NCBI GenBank assembly: GCA_026004395.1
Contig: BPJB01000001.1
Coordinates: forward strand, 161,370 to 225,369
Direction of reading: 5' to 3'
DNA: 64,000 nt
Source: Patescibacteria group bacterium
Lineage (GTDB): Bacteria; Patescibacteriota; Microgenomatia; Levybacterales; UBA12049
The translations under genes were made by a program, and so were the position numbers. Below are positions 9,245 to 18,983 of this stretch, one piece after another. Numbering within the stretch: the stretch's first letter is position 1; each line of letters opens with the position of its first letter. The notes under the pieces were generated by a model. It was not told the DNA's origin. It saw only the letters and a program-made list of their open reading frames with translations, and made no database searches.

Positions 9245-10118
9245 ATATAAAGCAATTGTTCGTACTCTTCTTTATAGTGATATATTCGATTTTCCGCTAA
9301 CAGAGGCTGAAATTTATTATTATTTATTGACAGATACTAGAATTTCCAAGTCAGAGTTTAGACAGGCTTTTACTGAATTGCTTCCTCATCTTATGTATCA
9401 AAAACCTTACATTGCTCTCCCTAATAGAGGAAATATTATTCAAAGAAGAAGAAATAATGAACGATGGCTTAATCTCAAAAGAAGAGAGGCTTCTCAGATT
9501 GCTCGAATATTATCCTATATTCCAACGATATATTTTATTGGATTAAGTGGTGGAGTTGGTGTGGGAAGTGCCAATAAAGATGATGATATTGATTTTTTTA
9601 TAATTACAAAGAAAAACTGTATATATATCACAAGACTCATCAGTCTGTTAGTTCTTGCTATACTTGGAAAACGTAGAAAACGAGGAGAGAAGAATGCAAG
9701 GGATAAAATTTGTTTGAATATGTTTCTTGATGAATCTTCTCTAGCATTACCTTTAGATCGTCATGATATATATACCGCACATGAGATTGCTCAGATTTAT
9801 CCTCTAGTTGATAGAAATAATACTTATCTGCGATTTTTATCTGCCAATAAATGGATTGCTACATTTCTTGCTCATGCAACATTAGGGAGAAAAGTGAAAT
9901 TTCAGAAGTTACAGCAAAGTTTAGGAGAGGGCTTATTGAGAATCTTTGAGCCTATAGCTCGTTATTTGCAACTGAAGTATATTAAAAGGCATAGAACAAA
10001 AGAAATAGTGACGAATAATTTTATCGCATTCCATCCAAAAGACTATAGGTCAATTATAGTTAAAACTTATCAGCAAAAAATTAGAAAAAATTTACTCAAT
10101 TTTAGCTCTCTATTTTAA
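9234..10118 (+). CDS. Nucleotidyltransferase-fold (Pol-beta superfamily) domain protein, function unknown
   Basis: …FIGLSGGVGVGSANKDDDIDFFIIT… has the G[SG]x9-13Dx[DE]-like signature of minimal nucleotidyltransferases. Start taken at MGNKYK (ATG 9234), which overlaps the upstream stop. The ORF-track start 9201 is also possible. Confidence 0.4.
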   Translation: MGNKYKAIVRTLLYSDIFDFPLTEAEIYYYLLTDTRISKSEFRQAFTELLPHLMYQKPYIALPNRGNIIQRRRNNERWLNLKRREASQIARILSYIPTIYFIGLSGGVGVGSANKDDDIDFFIITKKNCIYITRLISLLVLAILGKRRKRGEKNARDKICLNMFLDESSLALPLDRHDIYTAHEIAQIYPLVDRNNTYLRFLSANKWIATFLAHATLGRKVKFQKLQQSLGEGLLRIFEPIARYLQLKYIKRHRTKEIVTNNFIAFHPKDYRSIIVKTYQQKIRKNLLNFSSLF

Positions 10119-10143
10119 TACTCTAGGATATTATTATTTTTGC

Positions 10144-10172
10144 TTGACAAACGGGTGTGTATTCTTTATACT
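10144..10172 (+). promoter_or_regulatory. Sigma-70-type promoter upstream of greA: TTGACA, 17 nt, TATACT
   Basis: TTGACA at 10144-10149, a 17-nt spacer, TATACT at 10167-10172, lying about 70 nt upstream of the greA ATG. Confidence 0.45.
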
Positions 10173-10242
10173 TTCACTGATTTAGATAGAAAATATCATC
10201 TCTCCCAGCATGCATTTTGGAGGGATTTTCTTTTTAGTAGAT

Positions 10243-10710
10243 ATGGATTCCAAAAAAATATACCTTACAAAAGACGGGCTTGAAGAACTGAAAAAAGAGT
10301 ATAACGAGCTAGTTAATGTAAAGCGTCCAGCAGTAGTTGAACGAGTTACAGAGGCTAGAAATCAAGGTGATCTCTCAGAAAACGCTCAATATGTAGCTGC
10401 AAGAGAAGAACTAGCTTTTATTGATGGCAGGATAGATGAGTTGGAGGAAATGCTTAGACAAGTATATATTATTGAGGATGATCACCAAGGAGCAACTGCA
10501 GTGAATTTGGGATCTGAGGTGACTTTAAAGATCAATGGACAACATGAAGTATATCGGGTTGTAGGAGAATGGGAGGCAGATCCAGCAGAAAAAAAGATCT
10601 CACACGAATCTCCTCTGGGTAAAGCTTTGCTCGGAAAGAAGATTGGTGACAAAGTTGAGGTTGAGGCACCTGCTGGAAAAATTGTTTATACTATTGTCTC
10701 CATTAAATAA
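10243..10710 (+). CDS. greA: Transcription elongation factor GreA
   Basis: MDSKKIYLTKDGLEELKKEYNELVNVKRPAVVERVTEARNQGDLSENAQYVAAREELAFIDGRIDELEEML is a canonical GreA N-terminal coiled-coil with an FKBP-like C-domain. I prefer the MDSKK start over the upstream ATG at 10210. Confidence 0.88.
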   Translation: MDSKKIYLTKDGLEELKKEYNELVNVKRPAVVERVTEARNQGDLSENAQYVAAREELAFIDGRIDELEEMLRQVYIIEDDHQGATAVNLGSEVTLKINGQHEVYRVVGEWEADPAEKKISHESPLGKALLGKKIGDKVEVEAPAGKIVYTIVSIK

Positions 10711-10748
10711 GGTGTTGGATTGTAGAATCGGTTGGCAATAACTACTCC

Positions 10749-11729
10749 ATGAAGATTCATACCAATTTACCCCTCTCAAATATTACTCATTACCGTATCG
10801 GCGGAGTTGCTAAAAAAGTTCTTGAGATAACATCAAGAGAAGATCTTCTCGAGGCGGTGAAGCTTGTACAACGTCATAATCTCCAAAATGTATATATTCT
10901 TGGACTTGGATCCAATATCTTGTTACCAGATAAAAGTATTGATGGAGTAATACTTTGGATGAGAGGTAGATCAGAGTTTAGTATTCATCACTTTTCTGAG
11001 GTGGATGCTTTTGCAGGAGATTTATTAGATGATTTAATTAATTTTACATTTTCTCATCAGCTTGTTGGTCTTGAGTGGGCAGGAGGATTGCCAAGCACTA
11101 TTGGTGGTGCTATTCGCGGCAACGCGGGGGCATTTGGGTATGAGATAAAAGATATTATCAAAAGTGTTGAATATATTGATATCACAGATAAAGATCTTAA
11201 TATCAGAACTCTTTTGCAAAAAGAGTGCCAATTTGCATATAGGGATAGCATTTTTAAACATAATCCTTCGTGGGTTATCGTCAGTGGTACGTTTAAATTG
11301 AAATTGGCTTCTCAAGAAGAACTAAAAACAGCAAAAGAAATTTACGAAAAGAATATTCTTTATCGTAATACTCATCATCCCGTTGAGTACCCATCATGTG
11401 GATCTGTTTTTAAAAATATCACTCGTTTGGAGGAGGTTGAAAAAATTTTGAACGTTTGGCCTGATATTAAGGATCTTTCTCAAAAAAAATGGCATAACAA
11501 AATTGCAATGGGTTATGTGATTAATAGGCTTGGATTTTCTGGAAAACGTGTAGGAGGGGCAAAAGTATCTGAAAAACATGCAAATTATATTATTAATACT
11601 GGTAATGCAACATCTCAAGACGTACTCACCCTGATAAGAGGGATACAACAAAAATTTCAAAAAACTTTTGGATTTGTTCCTGATCCTGAAGTAATGATTG
11701 TCAATAGTAAAGTTATTGACAAAAAATAA
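10749..11729 (+). CDS. murB: UDP-N-acetylenolpyruvoylglucosamine reductase MurB
   Basis: …YRIGGVAKKVLEI…GLGSNILL… FAD-binding domain and …GGLPSTIGGAIRGNAGAFGYEIKD… MurB signature. Confidence 0.85.
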   Translation: MKIHTNLPLSNITHYRIGGVAKKVLEITSREDLLEAVKLVQRHNLQNVYILGLGSNILLPDKSIDGVILWMRGRSEFSIHHFSEVDAFAGDLLDDLINFTFSHQLVGLEWAGGLPSTIGGAIRGNAGAFGYEIKDIIKSVEYIDITDKDLNIRTLLQKECQFAYRDSIFKHNPSWVIVSGTFKLKLASQEELKTAKEIYEKNILYRNTHHPVEYPSCGSVFKNITRLEEVEKILNVWPDIKDLSQKKWHNKIAMGYVINRLGFSGKRVGGAKVSEKHANYIINTGNATSQDVLTLIRGIQQKFQKTFGFVPDPEVMIVNSKVIDKK

Positions 11730-11792
11730 TCCCTACATCATAATTATTGATGTCTATATGATTTGCCAAACAACATCTACCAACACAAAGAA

Positions 11793-11860
11793 GGACCCCC
11801 ACTAAGAGGGGTTCTATTGCGTTGTTTTTTTTTAGGACCCCTCAGCGAAGGGGTTTTTTA
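11793..11860 (+). terminator. Two tandem Rho-independent terminators after murB
   Basis: Hairpin 1: GGACCCCC-actaaga-GGGGTTC (11793-11815), with a T-run at 11824-11833. Hairpin 2: GGACCCCT-cagcga-AGGGGTTTTTT (11835-11860). Each has a GC stem followed by a U-tract. Confidence 0.6.
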
Positions 11861-11881
11861 GTGGTAAAAATATGAGCAATC

Positions 11882-12694
11882 TTGAAAGAATTAGCCAATT
11901 ACCTATTACTTTTTCTCAAACCTTCTCTTTACCAAAAGAGGATAAAAGTTTTTCTTGTAGATCAAAAGCAGAATAAAGAACACGATACTTGGCATCGTGC
12001 ACAAGAAATTATTCTTCATAGAGCGTCATTTAAAGATCGTGTGATTTTTGAGTTTTCTCCTTTTTACCTCTACCCAAGCGGTGAACTAGGTTATAGGACA
12101 CAATCATGGGATCATCCAGCGTTTAGAAACGGTATACGCTTTGTATCCGAGGTGAGTAGTCAAATCCCCCGGGAGAAGGTTATTCATTTTATTCTCGTGG
12201 ATGATTTTAATAACGTTCCTGAAGGTGTTACTAATTCAGATATTCTGCAACGACTAATGGAAGCCAAAAGGATTCCAGAGCTTGCTGAATCAGCATTGTT
12301 TTCACTTCATACAAATAGTCAGTCTGTTTTTTATTGGGAAAGTGATTTTGTTCAAGAAGGTGTTAAAAACTCTTGCAGTAATCTTGATGCAGCATTCCAA
12401 AAAGAAAAGATTCTTTTTGATAGAAAAGCTGATGAAGTGAACCTTCAAAATCTTAAATCAACGCTTCTTGTTGTCGCTCATCCAGTTGAATTCAGATCTC
12501 AGCAATCCCTTATGCTTTCTTCTCTTCTGAGAGAGATGAAACACCCTCCATTTCAAAGGATGAGTAAACTAGAACGTTTTACCACACTCAGTGAAATGTA
12601 TTGCCATGTTTGGTTTGATGATGAGGGAAATATAGATAATGTGACAAGACCATTTTGGGATGGAAATAAATTCGTACATGAGGAGCTGATGTAA
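11882..12694 (+). CDS. Hypothetical protein (no recognisable domain)
   Basis: A 270-aa ORF immediately upstream of the DapF-like gene, with a 1-nt gap between its stop and the next start. I recognised no motifs. Confidence 0.4.
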   Translation: MKELANYLLLFLKPSLYQKRIKVFLVDQKQNKEHDTWHRAQEIILHRASFKDRVIFEFSPFYLYPSGELGYRTQSWDHPAFRNGIRFVSEVSSQIPREKVIHFILVDDFNNVPEGVTNSDILQRLMEAKRIPELAESALFSLHTNSQSVFYWESDFVQEGVKNSCSNLDAAFQKEKILFDRKADEVNLQNLKSTLLVVAHPVEFRSQQSLMLSSLLREMKHPPFQRMSKLERFTTLSEMYCHVWFDDEGNIDNVTRPFWDGNKFVHEELM

Positions 12695-12695
12695 T

Positions 12696-13799
12696 ATGCA
12701 GCAGAAAGATCTTCAATTACTTCAACTTATTCATTATGAGGGTGCAGGAAATAAGACTCCAGTTCTTGCAATTGATGCAGTTATTAAAAATCTTGCTTCT
12801 TCCCCTGAGGAAGTGAGATGGCAACTTGAGAAAGACATGACTTTTCGTAAGTGGCTCAAGAAACAGGGACAAAAATACAATGCAGACTCTATTATGATTT
12901 GTTATAAATCACAGGATTTACAGTATGACTATGTTACTTTTGTTGGCGAACCACATAGTGATTTGTCTTCCAGTTTTTCCAATATGTGCGGTAATGGTAT
13001 ACGCTGTCTAGCACTGCATATTGTAGTTTCAGAAAATAATCTGCAGCAGCAAAAGAAATATCTTCAAAAAGGGATAAAAATCTGGGCAGGTGATATCAAA
13101 CATGTCAAAGTACTCAATCTTAATAGAGAATTAATTTCTGCTGACGTAGAAGTTAATTTAGGTAAATTTTATTCTGATAAAGATAGTTCTTTTCCTTTTC
13201 TTAATACCTCATACTTTAATCTCAAATCTTTCGATGCTTTTTTCCTTCCTTCGGAATTAAATGTACCTGATCCCTTTTATAAGCGGAAATTTGGATTTGG
13301 CTACAACGGCGATAAATTTAAAGGAGAACCGCATCTTGTGTTGTTAAATACTTTAAAAGAGTATGAAAAATTGATTACAGATTTGAATGTGGATCTTAAT
13401 CTATCTTCAAAAGAATCTATTTTGGATTCTCTCTCTCAGGTGGTTTGTATCTTAGGCAAAGAAATAACATTTGCCCGTAAATTTTTTCCAGTGGGAATAA
13501 ATGTCAATGTAGGAGTTTTTATTGACAATATTCTTTATATGGCTACTCATGAAAGGAATCTTTCTGAAAGTAGAGATATGTGTCAAGCTCAACAAGAAAA
13601 AAACAATAATATCTGTCGCTGTCAGACAAAAGCTTGTGGTACCGGAGGAGCTGTTGCTTGCAATATTGCAATCAGACAAGGATATATTGAATGTTCGAGT
13701 ATGACAACGATTCATCCTGGGGGAATATTACGTTTTAAAGTTGAAAATAAGCAGACTATAATGATTGGTCCTGCTAGAAAGGTGGAGTTTTATGATTGA
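12696..13799 (+). CDS. Diaminopimelate epimerase (DapF)-fold PLP-independent epimerase/racemase, with insertions (367 aa)
   Basis: HYEGAGNKTPVLAIDAV (compare DapF HGLGNDFMVVDAV), the catalytic Cys motif FSNMCGNGIRC (DapF …CGNGARC), a second Cys motif KACGTGGAVAC (DapF ACGSGACA), and …HPGGILRF…IGPARKV (DapF LPGGRL…TGPAVHV). Confidence 0.65.
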   Translation: MQQKDLQLLQLIHYEGAGNKTPVLAIDAVIKNLASSPEEVRWQLEKDMTFRKWLKKQGQKYNADSIMICYKSQDLQYDYVTFVGEPHSDLSSSFSNMCGNGIRCLALHIVVSENNLQQQKKYLQKGIKIWAGDIKHVKVLNLNRELISADVEVNLGKFYSDKDSSFPFLNTSYFNLKSFDAFFLPSELNVPDPFYKRKFGFGYNGDKFKGEPHLVLLNTLKEYEKLITDLNVDLNLSSKESILDSLSQVVCILGKEITFARKFFPVGINVNVGVFIDNILYMATHERNLSESRDMCQAQQEKNNNICRCQTKACGTGGAVACNIAIRQGYIECSSMTTIHPGGILRFKVENKQTIMIGPARKVEFYD

Positions 13800-14502
13800 G
13801 CAATATAAAAATCTTCTTTCTTATGAATCAGAGCAACAGTATCCAGTACGTAAAGAATGGTTTAAGGGTTTTCTCAGTGGAAACTTACTTTGGCCCCAAA
13901 ATAACATAGGTATACGTTTTTTAACTCTTGCTTCAGTACTGAGGGATCAGCCCAAAAACTGGCAGGAATTTGCACAAAGTAAGTTTACTTCTGAGCAAGA
14001 AATGCTACTTGGAAAAGTTATGTCAAGAGCTCATAGATTACGAGAGATCCCTATTGTGACTAATGAATTCCATAAGAATGGTGATTTAATTATCACAAAC
14101 TACAGACTTCAGGAACTTTGGAGTGCAACCAAAGCGTATGTATATGCGGATATACTAAACTATATAGATGAGGATTTCAAACTGGAATGGAATATGACCT
14201 TTAGCGCTCCAATAACTCTAACTGCACAGAATACAAAAAAAATACAGGATTTTTTTAATGCAGATGAGGAATTATCGAGAAGAACCACCTTAATAAAAAT
14301 TGTAGGAGGAGTTGCTGAGTGTTTGAGAACGAAAGAAGCATTAAATTGTGCATCTTCTTATAAAGAAGAACTCCTTAATAACAGAAACACTTTTTCTCCT
14401 CGAGCGATCGAAATACGTAAACAATTAAAGCTTATCCTAACAGAATTTCTCTCACAACAATATCCCAATGAAGCATTTGATAGGCTGTTTTGGGGAATGT
14501 GA
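13765..14502 (+). CDS. Hypothetical protein
   Basis: A 245-aa ORF overlapping the DapF-like stop by 35 nt. No recognisable motifs. Confidence 0.35.
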   Translation: MVLLERWSFMIEQYKNLLSYESEQQYPVRKEWFKGFLSGNLLWPQNNIGIRFLTLASVLRDQPKNWQEFAQSKFTSEQEMLLGKVMSRAHRLREIPIVTNEFHKNGDLIITNYRLQELWSATKAYVYADILNYIDEDFKLEWNMTFSAPITLTAQNTKKIQDFFNADEELSRRTTLIKIVGGVAECLRTKEALNCASSYKEELLNNRNTFSPRAIEIRKQLKLILTEFLSQQYPNEAFDRLFWGM

Positions 14503-14545
14503 TCTTCTTGTTTAGATTGTAAAATGAAGGTAAAATAGTATTACT

Positions 14546-16066
14546 ATGTTTTGGGCAGATCAAGTAGCAAAAGAAATTAAAAAAAGGAATTTACCTCTTG
14601 AGTGGGTAGATGATATGAAAACTCCATCCGGTAGAGTTCATGTTGGTTCCCTTTTAGGAGTTGTTTTCCATGATCTTGTATACAAAGCTTTAATTGATAT
14701 TGGAGTAAACGCAAAATTTACGTATGTTTTTGAAAATCATGACCCAATGGATGATATTCCAGTTTATCTTCCTCGTGAGAAATATGAAAAATATCTAGGC
14801 ATGCCCTTATTTAAAATACCGTCTCCAGTTGAAGGTTATAAAGATTTTGCTGAGTATTATGCACTTGAATTTAAAAATACGTTTAATGCTATTGGATGTT
14901 CTCCTGAGATTCTCTGGACAAAAGATCTCTATACTAGTGGAAAGATGAATAAAGGTGTAAAGCTGGTTTTAGACAATGCTGAGGAGATTAGAAATATCTA
15001 CAAAGAACTATATAAAAAAACAATGCCCAGTGACTGGTATCCTTTTCAGGTGTATTGTGAGTCGTGTGGTAAGGTATCCACAACACGTGTTTATAAATGG
15101 GATGGAGAATTAGTGCATTATCGTTGCCTAGTTAATGCTCTTGAATGGACGAAAGGTTGTGGTTATGAAGGTAAAACATCTCCCTTTAGTGATGCATCAG
15201 GGATTAAAGGAAAACTTCCCTGGAAAGTAGAGTGGCCAGTGAAGTGGCAGGCAATTGGGGTGACAGTTGAAGGAGCTGGAAAAGATCATATGAGTAAAGG
15301 AGGATCGCATGATTTTGCTATATTGGTGTGCGAGAGAGTTCTCCATTATCCTGTACCTTATCCTATAGCGTATGAATTTATGTTGATAGGAGGTAAAAAA
15401 ATGTCCTCTTCTAAAGGTCGCGGATTTGCTGCTGCTGATATGCTTAAGATTCTTCCTCCAGAATTACTAAGATTTCTCATAGTGAAAATGAATCCGCAGC
15501 AACAAACTAATTTTGATCCATCCCAACCTGATACAATTCCTAGACTTTTTGATGAGTATCAGGAATATGCCAAACATTTTTTAGAAAAAAGGAATGATGA
15601 TGAGTCAAGAATTTTTGAGTTTTCTCAGATTAATGGGATAAAAATGCCTCCTGAGATTCGTTTTTCTACTCTTGCACAGTGGGTACAGATGCCCAATATG
15701 AATCAGCGTATAAAAGAAGAAGGACTAGAAGAATGGGCTAAATATGCTCGAGTTTGGGTAGAACGTTTTGCACCAGAGTCCGAGAAATTCACTATACAAC
15801 AGCATGTCCCCAAGGAGGCGTATTCTCTCTCAGAAAAACAAAAAGAATTTCTTAAAGTTATTGCTGGGATAATTCGAGAAGGATTAAATCCAGATGATTT
15901 TCAAAAACTAATTTATGATAAGGCAAAAGAGATGGATCTTTCCTCAAAAGATGCTTTTGCAGCAATCTACACTGTTCTTTTGGGCAAGAACCATGGACCA
16001 CGAGCAGCTTGGTTAATTTTATCTTTAGATCCTTCATTTGTTAAGGAGAGATTTACATCTCTTTAA
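14546..16066 (+). CDS. lysK: Lysyl-tRNA synthetase, class I (archaeal-type LysK)
   Basis: …KTPSGRVHVGSLLGVV… is a HIGH-type motif (HVGS variant) and …KMSSSKG… is the KMSKS motif. Length is 506 aa, and the Zn/anticodon region CESCGK…YRC is typical of class I LysRS. Confidence 0.85.
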   Translation: MFWADQVAKEIKKRNLPLEWVDDMKTPSGRVHVGSLLGVVFHDLVYKALIDIGVNAKFTYVFENHDPMDDIPVYLPREKYEKYLGMPLFKIPSPVEGYKDFAEYYALEFKNTFNAIGCSPEILWTKDLYTSGKMNKGVKLVLDNAEEIRNIYKELYKKTMPSDWYPFQVYCESCGKVSTTRVYKWDGELVHYRCLVNALEWTKGCGYEGKTSPFSDASGIKGKLPWKVEWPVKWQAIGVTVEGAGKDHMSKGGSHDFAILVCERVLHYPVPYPIAYEFMLIGGKKMSSSKGRGFAAADMLKILPPELLRFLIVKMNPQQQTNFDPSQPDTIPRLFDEYQEYAKHFLEKRNDDESRIFEFSQINGIKMPPEIRFSTLAQWVQMPNMNQRIKEEGLEEWAKYARVWVERFAPESEKFTIQQHVPKEAYSLSEKQKEFLKVIAGIIREGLNPDDFQKLIYDKAKEMDLSSKDAFAAIYTVLLGKNHGPRAAWLILSLDPSFVKERFTSL

Positions 16067-16126
16067 AATCAATTTCACAAGTTTGTCACTGTCTAGTGTA
16101 TATGATATAGTAATTTCTCAAAGGTT

Positions 16127-16981
16127 ATGAGGAAGGCTCTATTTATTCTCATCCCATCCTTAATTCTCGCAACTTCTATTTTTTTTCTGATACAAATTTT
16201 TCTTATTCGTAGTAATGACAAAGGCGCACTTCAGGTAACAGCATCTCCCAAAAGCAAGGTATATCTCAATGGGGAGTTTATAGGGGAAACTCCTCTTTGC
16301 AGATGTGAACAGGATAATATGCTTAAAGTAGGCAAATATAATATCAAACTTGTTCCTACAACAAGTGGATTTTCTGAATTTCAAGAAAAGATTATTGTGT
16401 CAAAATCAGTATTGACAGTTGTTGATCATAAATTCGGTAAAGGAGCGACCTCTGAGGGAAGCATTATTACACTTCAGCCTCTAAAAGAGAGTAATACAAG
16501 ATCTCTTTTAGTACTTTCAATACCTGATAAATCTGAGGTACTTCTTGACAATACATCAGTAGGATTTACACCGGTACTTATTAAAGATATTACCGAGTCC
16601 GATCATGAGCTGATTATCAGAAAAAGCGGCTATGCAGAAAAAAAAGTGAAGATAAGAACACCCACAGGCTATCAATTATTAGCTAAGGTATATCTAGGTG
16701 TTGATGAGGAAGAGATTGTTTTATCTCCTACACCTTCTCCAACTTCAGCTTCTCCTTCTGCAACACCAACTCCTCCTATTCGGAAAGTAACTATTTTACA
16801 AACACCAGTAGGTTTTTTGCGAGTCAGAGCAGAAAGTAACATAGAATCTTCTGAAATCGGTAGAGTAACTCCCGGACAAGAGTTTGAGCTATTAGATGAG
16901 GTTAGAGGATGGTACAAGATTAAATTGTCTGATGGCAAAGAAGGTTGGATTAGTAATCAATATGCAAAGAAAATCGAATAA
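16127..16981 (+). CDS. Membrane-anchored PEGA-domain / SH3b-domain protein
   Basis: N-terminal TM, then two PEGA-like beta modules (…KVYLNGEFIGETPL…, …VLLDNTSVGFTPVLIK…ELIIRKSGY…), a P/T/S-rich linker (SPTPSPTSASPSATPTPP), and a C-terminal bacterial SH3-like domain (…VRAESNIESSEIGRVTPGQEFELLDEVRGWYKIKLSDGKEGWIS…). Confidence 0.6.
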   Translation: MRKALFILIPSLILATSIFFLIQIFLIRSNDKGALQVTASPKSKVYLNGEFIGETPLCRCEQDNMLKVGKYNIKLVPTTSGFSEFQEKIIVSKSVLTVVDHKFGKGATSEGSIITLQPLKESNTRSLLVLSIPDKSEVLLDNTSVGFTPVLIKDITESDHELIIRKSGYAEKKVKIRTPTGYQLLAKVYLGVDEEEIVLSPTPSPTSASPSATPTPPIRKVTILQTPVGFLRVRAESNIESSEIGRVTPGQEFELLDEVRGWYKIKLSDGKEGWISNQYAKKIE

Positions 16982-17926
16982 CTAAGACTGAATAACGTAA
17001 ATAATGACAATAACCATTAATGCCCATAATAATACGGTTGCAAGTAATGGTTTATCAGAAAACAATACCTTCTCAGGGCTTTCTCCTTCATGCTTTTCGT
17101 AAATGTCTTGCATATATCTCATTAATCCATAAACGACAGGAATGATAGTTAACATCAACCATTTTCGCTGAAGATACGTTGGAAGAAAATCAGGAAAGAG
17201 AAGTTCATTGGTAATAGTAAACCGACGCGAATTTTCAAGGAAGGTGAAGAGAGAATAAGAGATAAATGTTGATGTAGCAAAAATAGATGTATAGACGTCA
17301 AGCAATCTTTCTGAATAATGTGAAAGAGATTTGCGAACTTCAGCAATATTTTTAATATTTTCTTGCGATACTAAAGTAAGTTCTCGACGTCTTTTTCCAA
17401 TAGCTAAAAATAGCGATAAAGAAATCGTTGTTAAAAGTAGCCAAACAGATATATGATAGCCGCTAAGAAACTCCCCAGCATACACTCTGAGAATATAACC
17501 TCCAGCAAGCGCTAAGATGTCAATTACAGCGATATGTTTTAGAACAATTGAATATGAAAGTTGAAGGATGACATAAACCAAAGTAATCAAGAAAAAAGTA
17601 GGTGATATCAGAAAACTTGCGATAATTCCAGTTATGCCAAGTGCCAAAGCGATAACAATCGCTTCAAAAATAGAAACATCGTTATGGGCAAGTGGACGAA
17701 ATTGTTTAAAAGGATGTAGCCTATCTTTGTTGATATCAAAAATATCATTGATTACATAGATTGCTGAGGATGTGATACAAAAAACAATAAATCCTGCAAT
17801 TGTCTCTTCCAGAATTACCGGTGTAAATAATTCACCATTAAACGTGATAGCGGCAAAGATCGCTAGATTTTTGATCCACTGTCTAGGTCGTAGTAATCGT
17901 ATAATGTTTCTAATCTTCTTTCTCAT
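16982..17926 (-). CDS. UbiA-superfamily polyprenyl-phosphate (pentosyl/phosphoribosyl) transferase, DPPR-synthase-like
   Basis: …LRPRQWIKNLAIFAAITF…YVINDIFDINKDRLHP… contains the NDxxDxxxD Asp-rich motif, and there are 8-9 TM helices. I took the internal Met (MRKKIR) as start to reduce overlap with the upstream gene. Confidence 0.7.
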   Translation of the reverse strand: MRKKIRNIIRLLRPRQWIKNLAIFAAITFNGELFTPVILEETIAGFIVFCITSSAIYVINDIFDINKDRLHPFKQFRPLAHNDVSIFEAIVIALALGITGIIASFLISPTFFLITLVYVILQLSYSIVLKHIAVIDILALAGGYILRVYAGEFLSGYHISVWLLLTTISLSLFLAIGKRRRELTLVSQENIKNIAEVRKSLSHYSERLLDVYTSIFATSTFISYSLFTFLENSRRFTITNELLFPDFLPTYLQRKWLMLTIIPVVYGLMRYMQDIYEKHEGESPEKVLFSDKPLLATVLLWALMVIVIIYVIQS

Positions 17927-18983
17927 GGGGTAAGCGGAGTACGTAATGCAAAAAAAGTAAACCGCCTCCAACAATAACAATTAGCATAACAATAGCAAAA
18001 AGTTTGCTTTTGCTATGTAGTGTTAAAGCTATTGAGCCCAATATAGCAGAGATGCTCCAATAAAACAATGCGATTTGTCTTTGAGTATAACCAAGTCTTA
18101 GCAATAAGTGATGTAAGTGTTTATTGTCGTGCCAAAATGGTGATTTGCCGGAGAGAAGTCGTCGAGCAATTGTGAATAATGCATCTACTGTTGGTATTCC
18201 CATGACAAGAATTGCTGTTGCTAACTTCGCGCTTGAGAGAATTGAGACAACAGCAAGCAGCAGATACATACTGGTTGCTCCATATCCTGGAAAAATTTTT
18301 GCTGGATAAAAGTTATACATAAGAAATCCAAGCGATGCTCCTGCAATAATGAATGAGAGATTAGCATCAATAAGGTTTTTGGTATCAACGAAGGGGAAAC
18401 GCAGGCTTAATAAGCCAATAACAATTGCTGATATGGCAACAATACCAGGCATTTGGCCATCAACCCCTTTACTCCAATTCAGCATGTTCATTACCCAAAT
18501 AATCCAAATGCCAGCAATAATATCTCCAAGTGTTATTCCCAAGAAAGGAATAGAGTATGTATCAAGATAAAGAATCCCTCCAAAAGGGTGGGTGATAAAA
18601 GGTACGCTGACTCCGCTGCCCACCACAATTACTGCACAGAGAATATTAATTAGAAACCTCAGATAAGGTGAAACATCTTTTGCTTTTGCGTTGTATTGAT
18701 CATCAATAACTCCAACGACAAGTGCCAGGAATGCTGCAAAAAATATTGCAATTGTTATGGACGTTATAGGAATGAAGAAGATGCTAGTAAGGAAGATACC
18801 AAGAAAAAGTGGTATGCCTCCACCTCTGGGAATAGGTCTTGTGTGAATGATGCCGGGATGCTTATGGATTGAAGGATCATCTACCAAACCTCTTTTTTTA
18901 ATAAAAGGCAAGAGTATCCTCACCAAGATTGTAGTCAAGAAAAAGGCTAAAATAAAAGGAATAAGAAATGGTAGTAATTTCAT
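17910..18983 (-). CDS. Polyprenyl-phosphate HexNAc-1-phosphate transferase (WecA/TagO / MraY superfamily, GT4-PNPT)
   Basis: …GLVDDPSIHKHPGIIHTRPIPRGGGIPLF… and …FWHDNKHLHHLLLRLG… match WecA-type motifs. About 10 TM helices. Confidence 0.72.
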   Translation of the reverse strand: MKLLPFLIPFILAFFLTTILVRILLPFIKKRGLVDDPSIHKHPGIIHTRPIPRGGGIPLFLGIFLTSIFFIPITSITIAIFFAAFLALVVGVIDDQYNAKAKDVSPYLRFLINILCAVIVVGSGVSVPFITHPFGGILYLDTYSIPFLGITLGDIIAGIWIIWVMNMLNWSKGVDGQMPGIVAISAIVIGLLSLRFPFVDTKNLIDANLSFIIAGASLGFLMYNFYPAKIFPGYGATSMYLLLAVVSILSSAKLATAILVMGIPTVDALFTIARRLLSGKSPFWHDNKHLHHLLLRLGYTQRQIALFYWSISAILGSIALTLHSKSKLFAIVMLIVIVGGGLLFLHYVLRLPHEKED

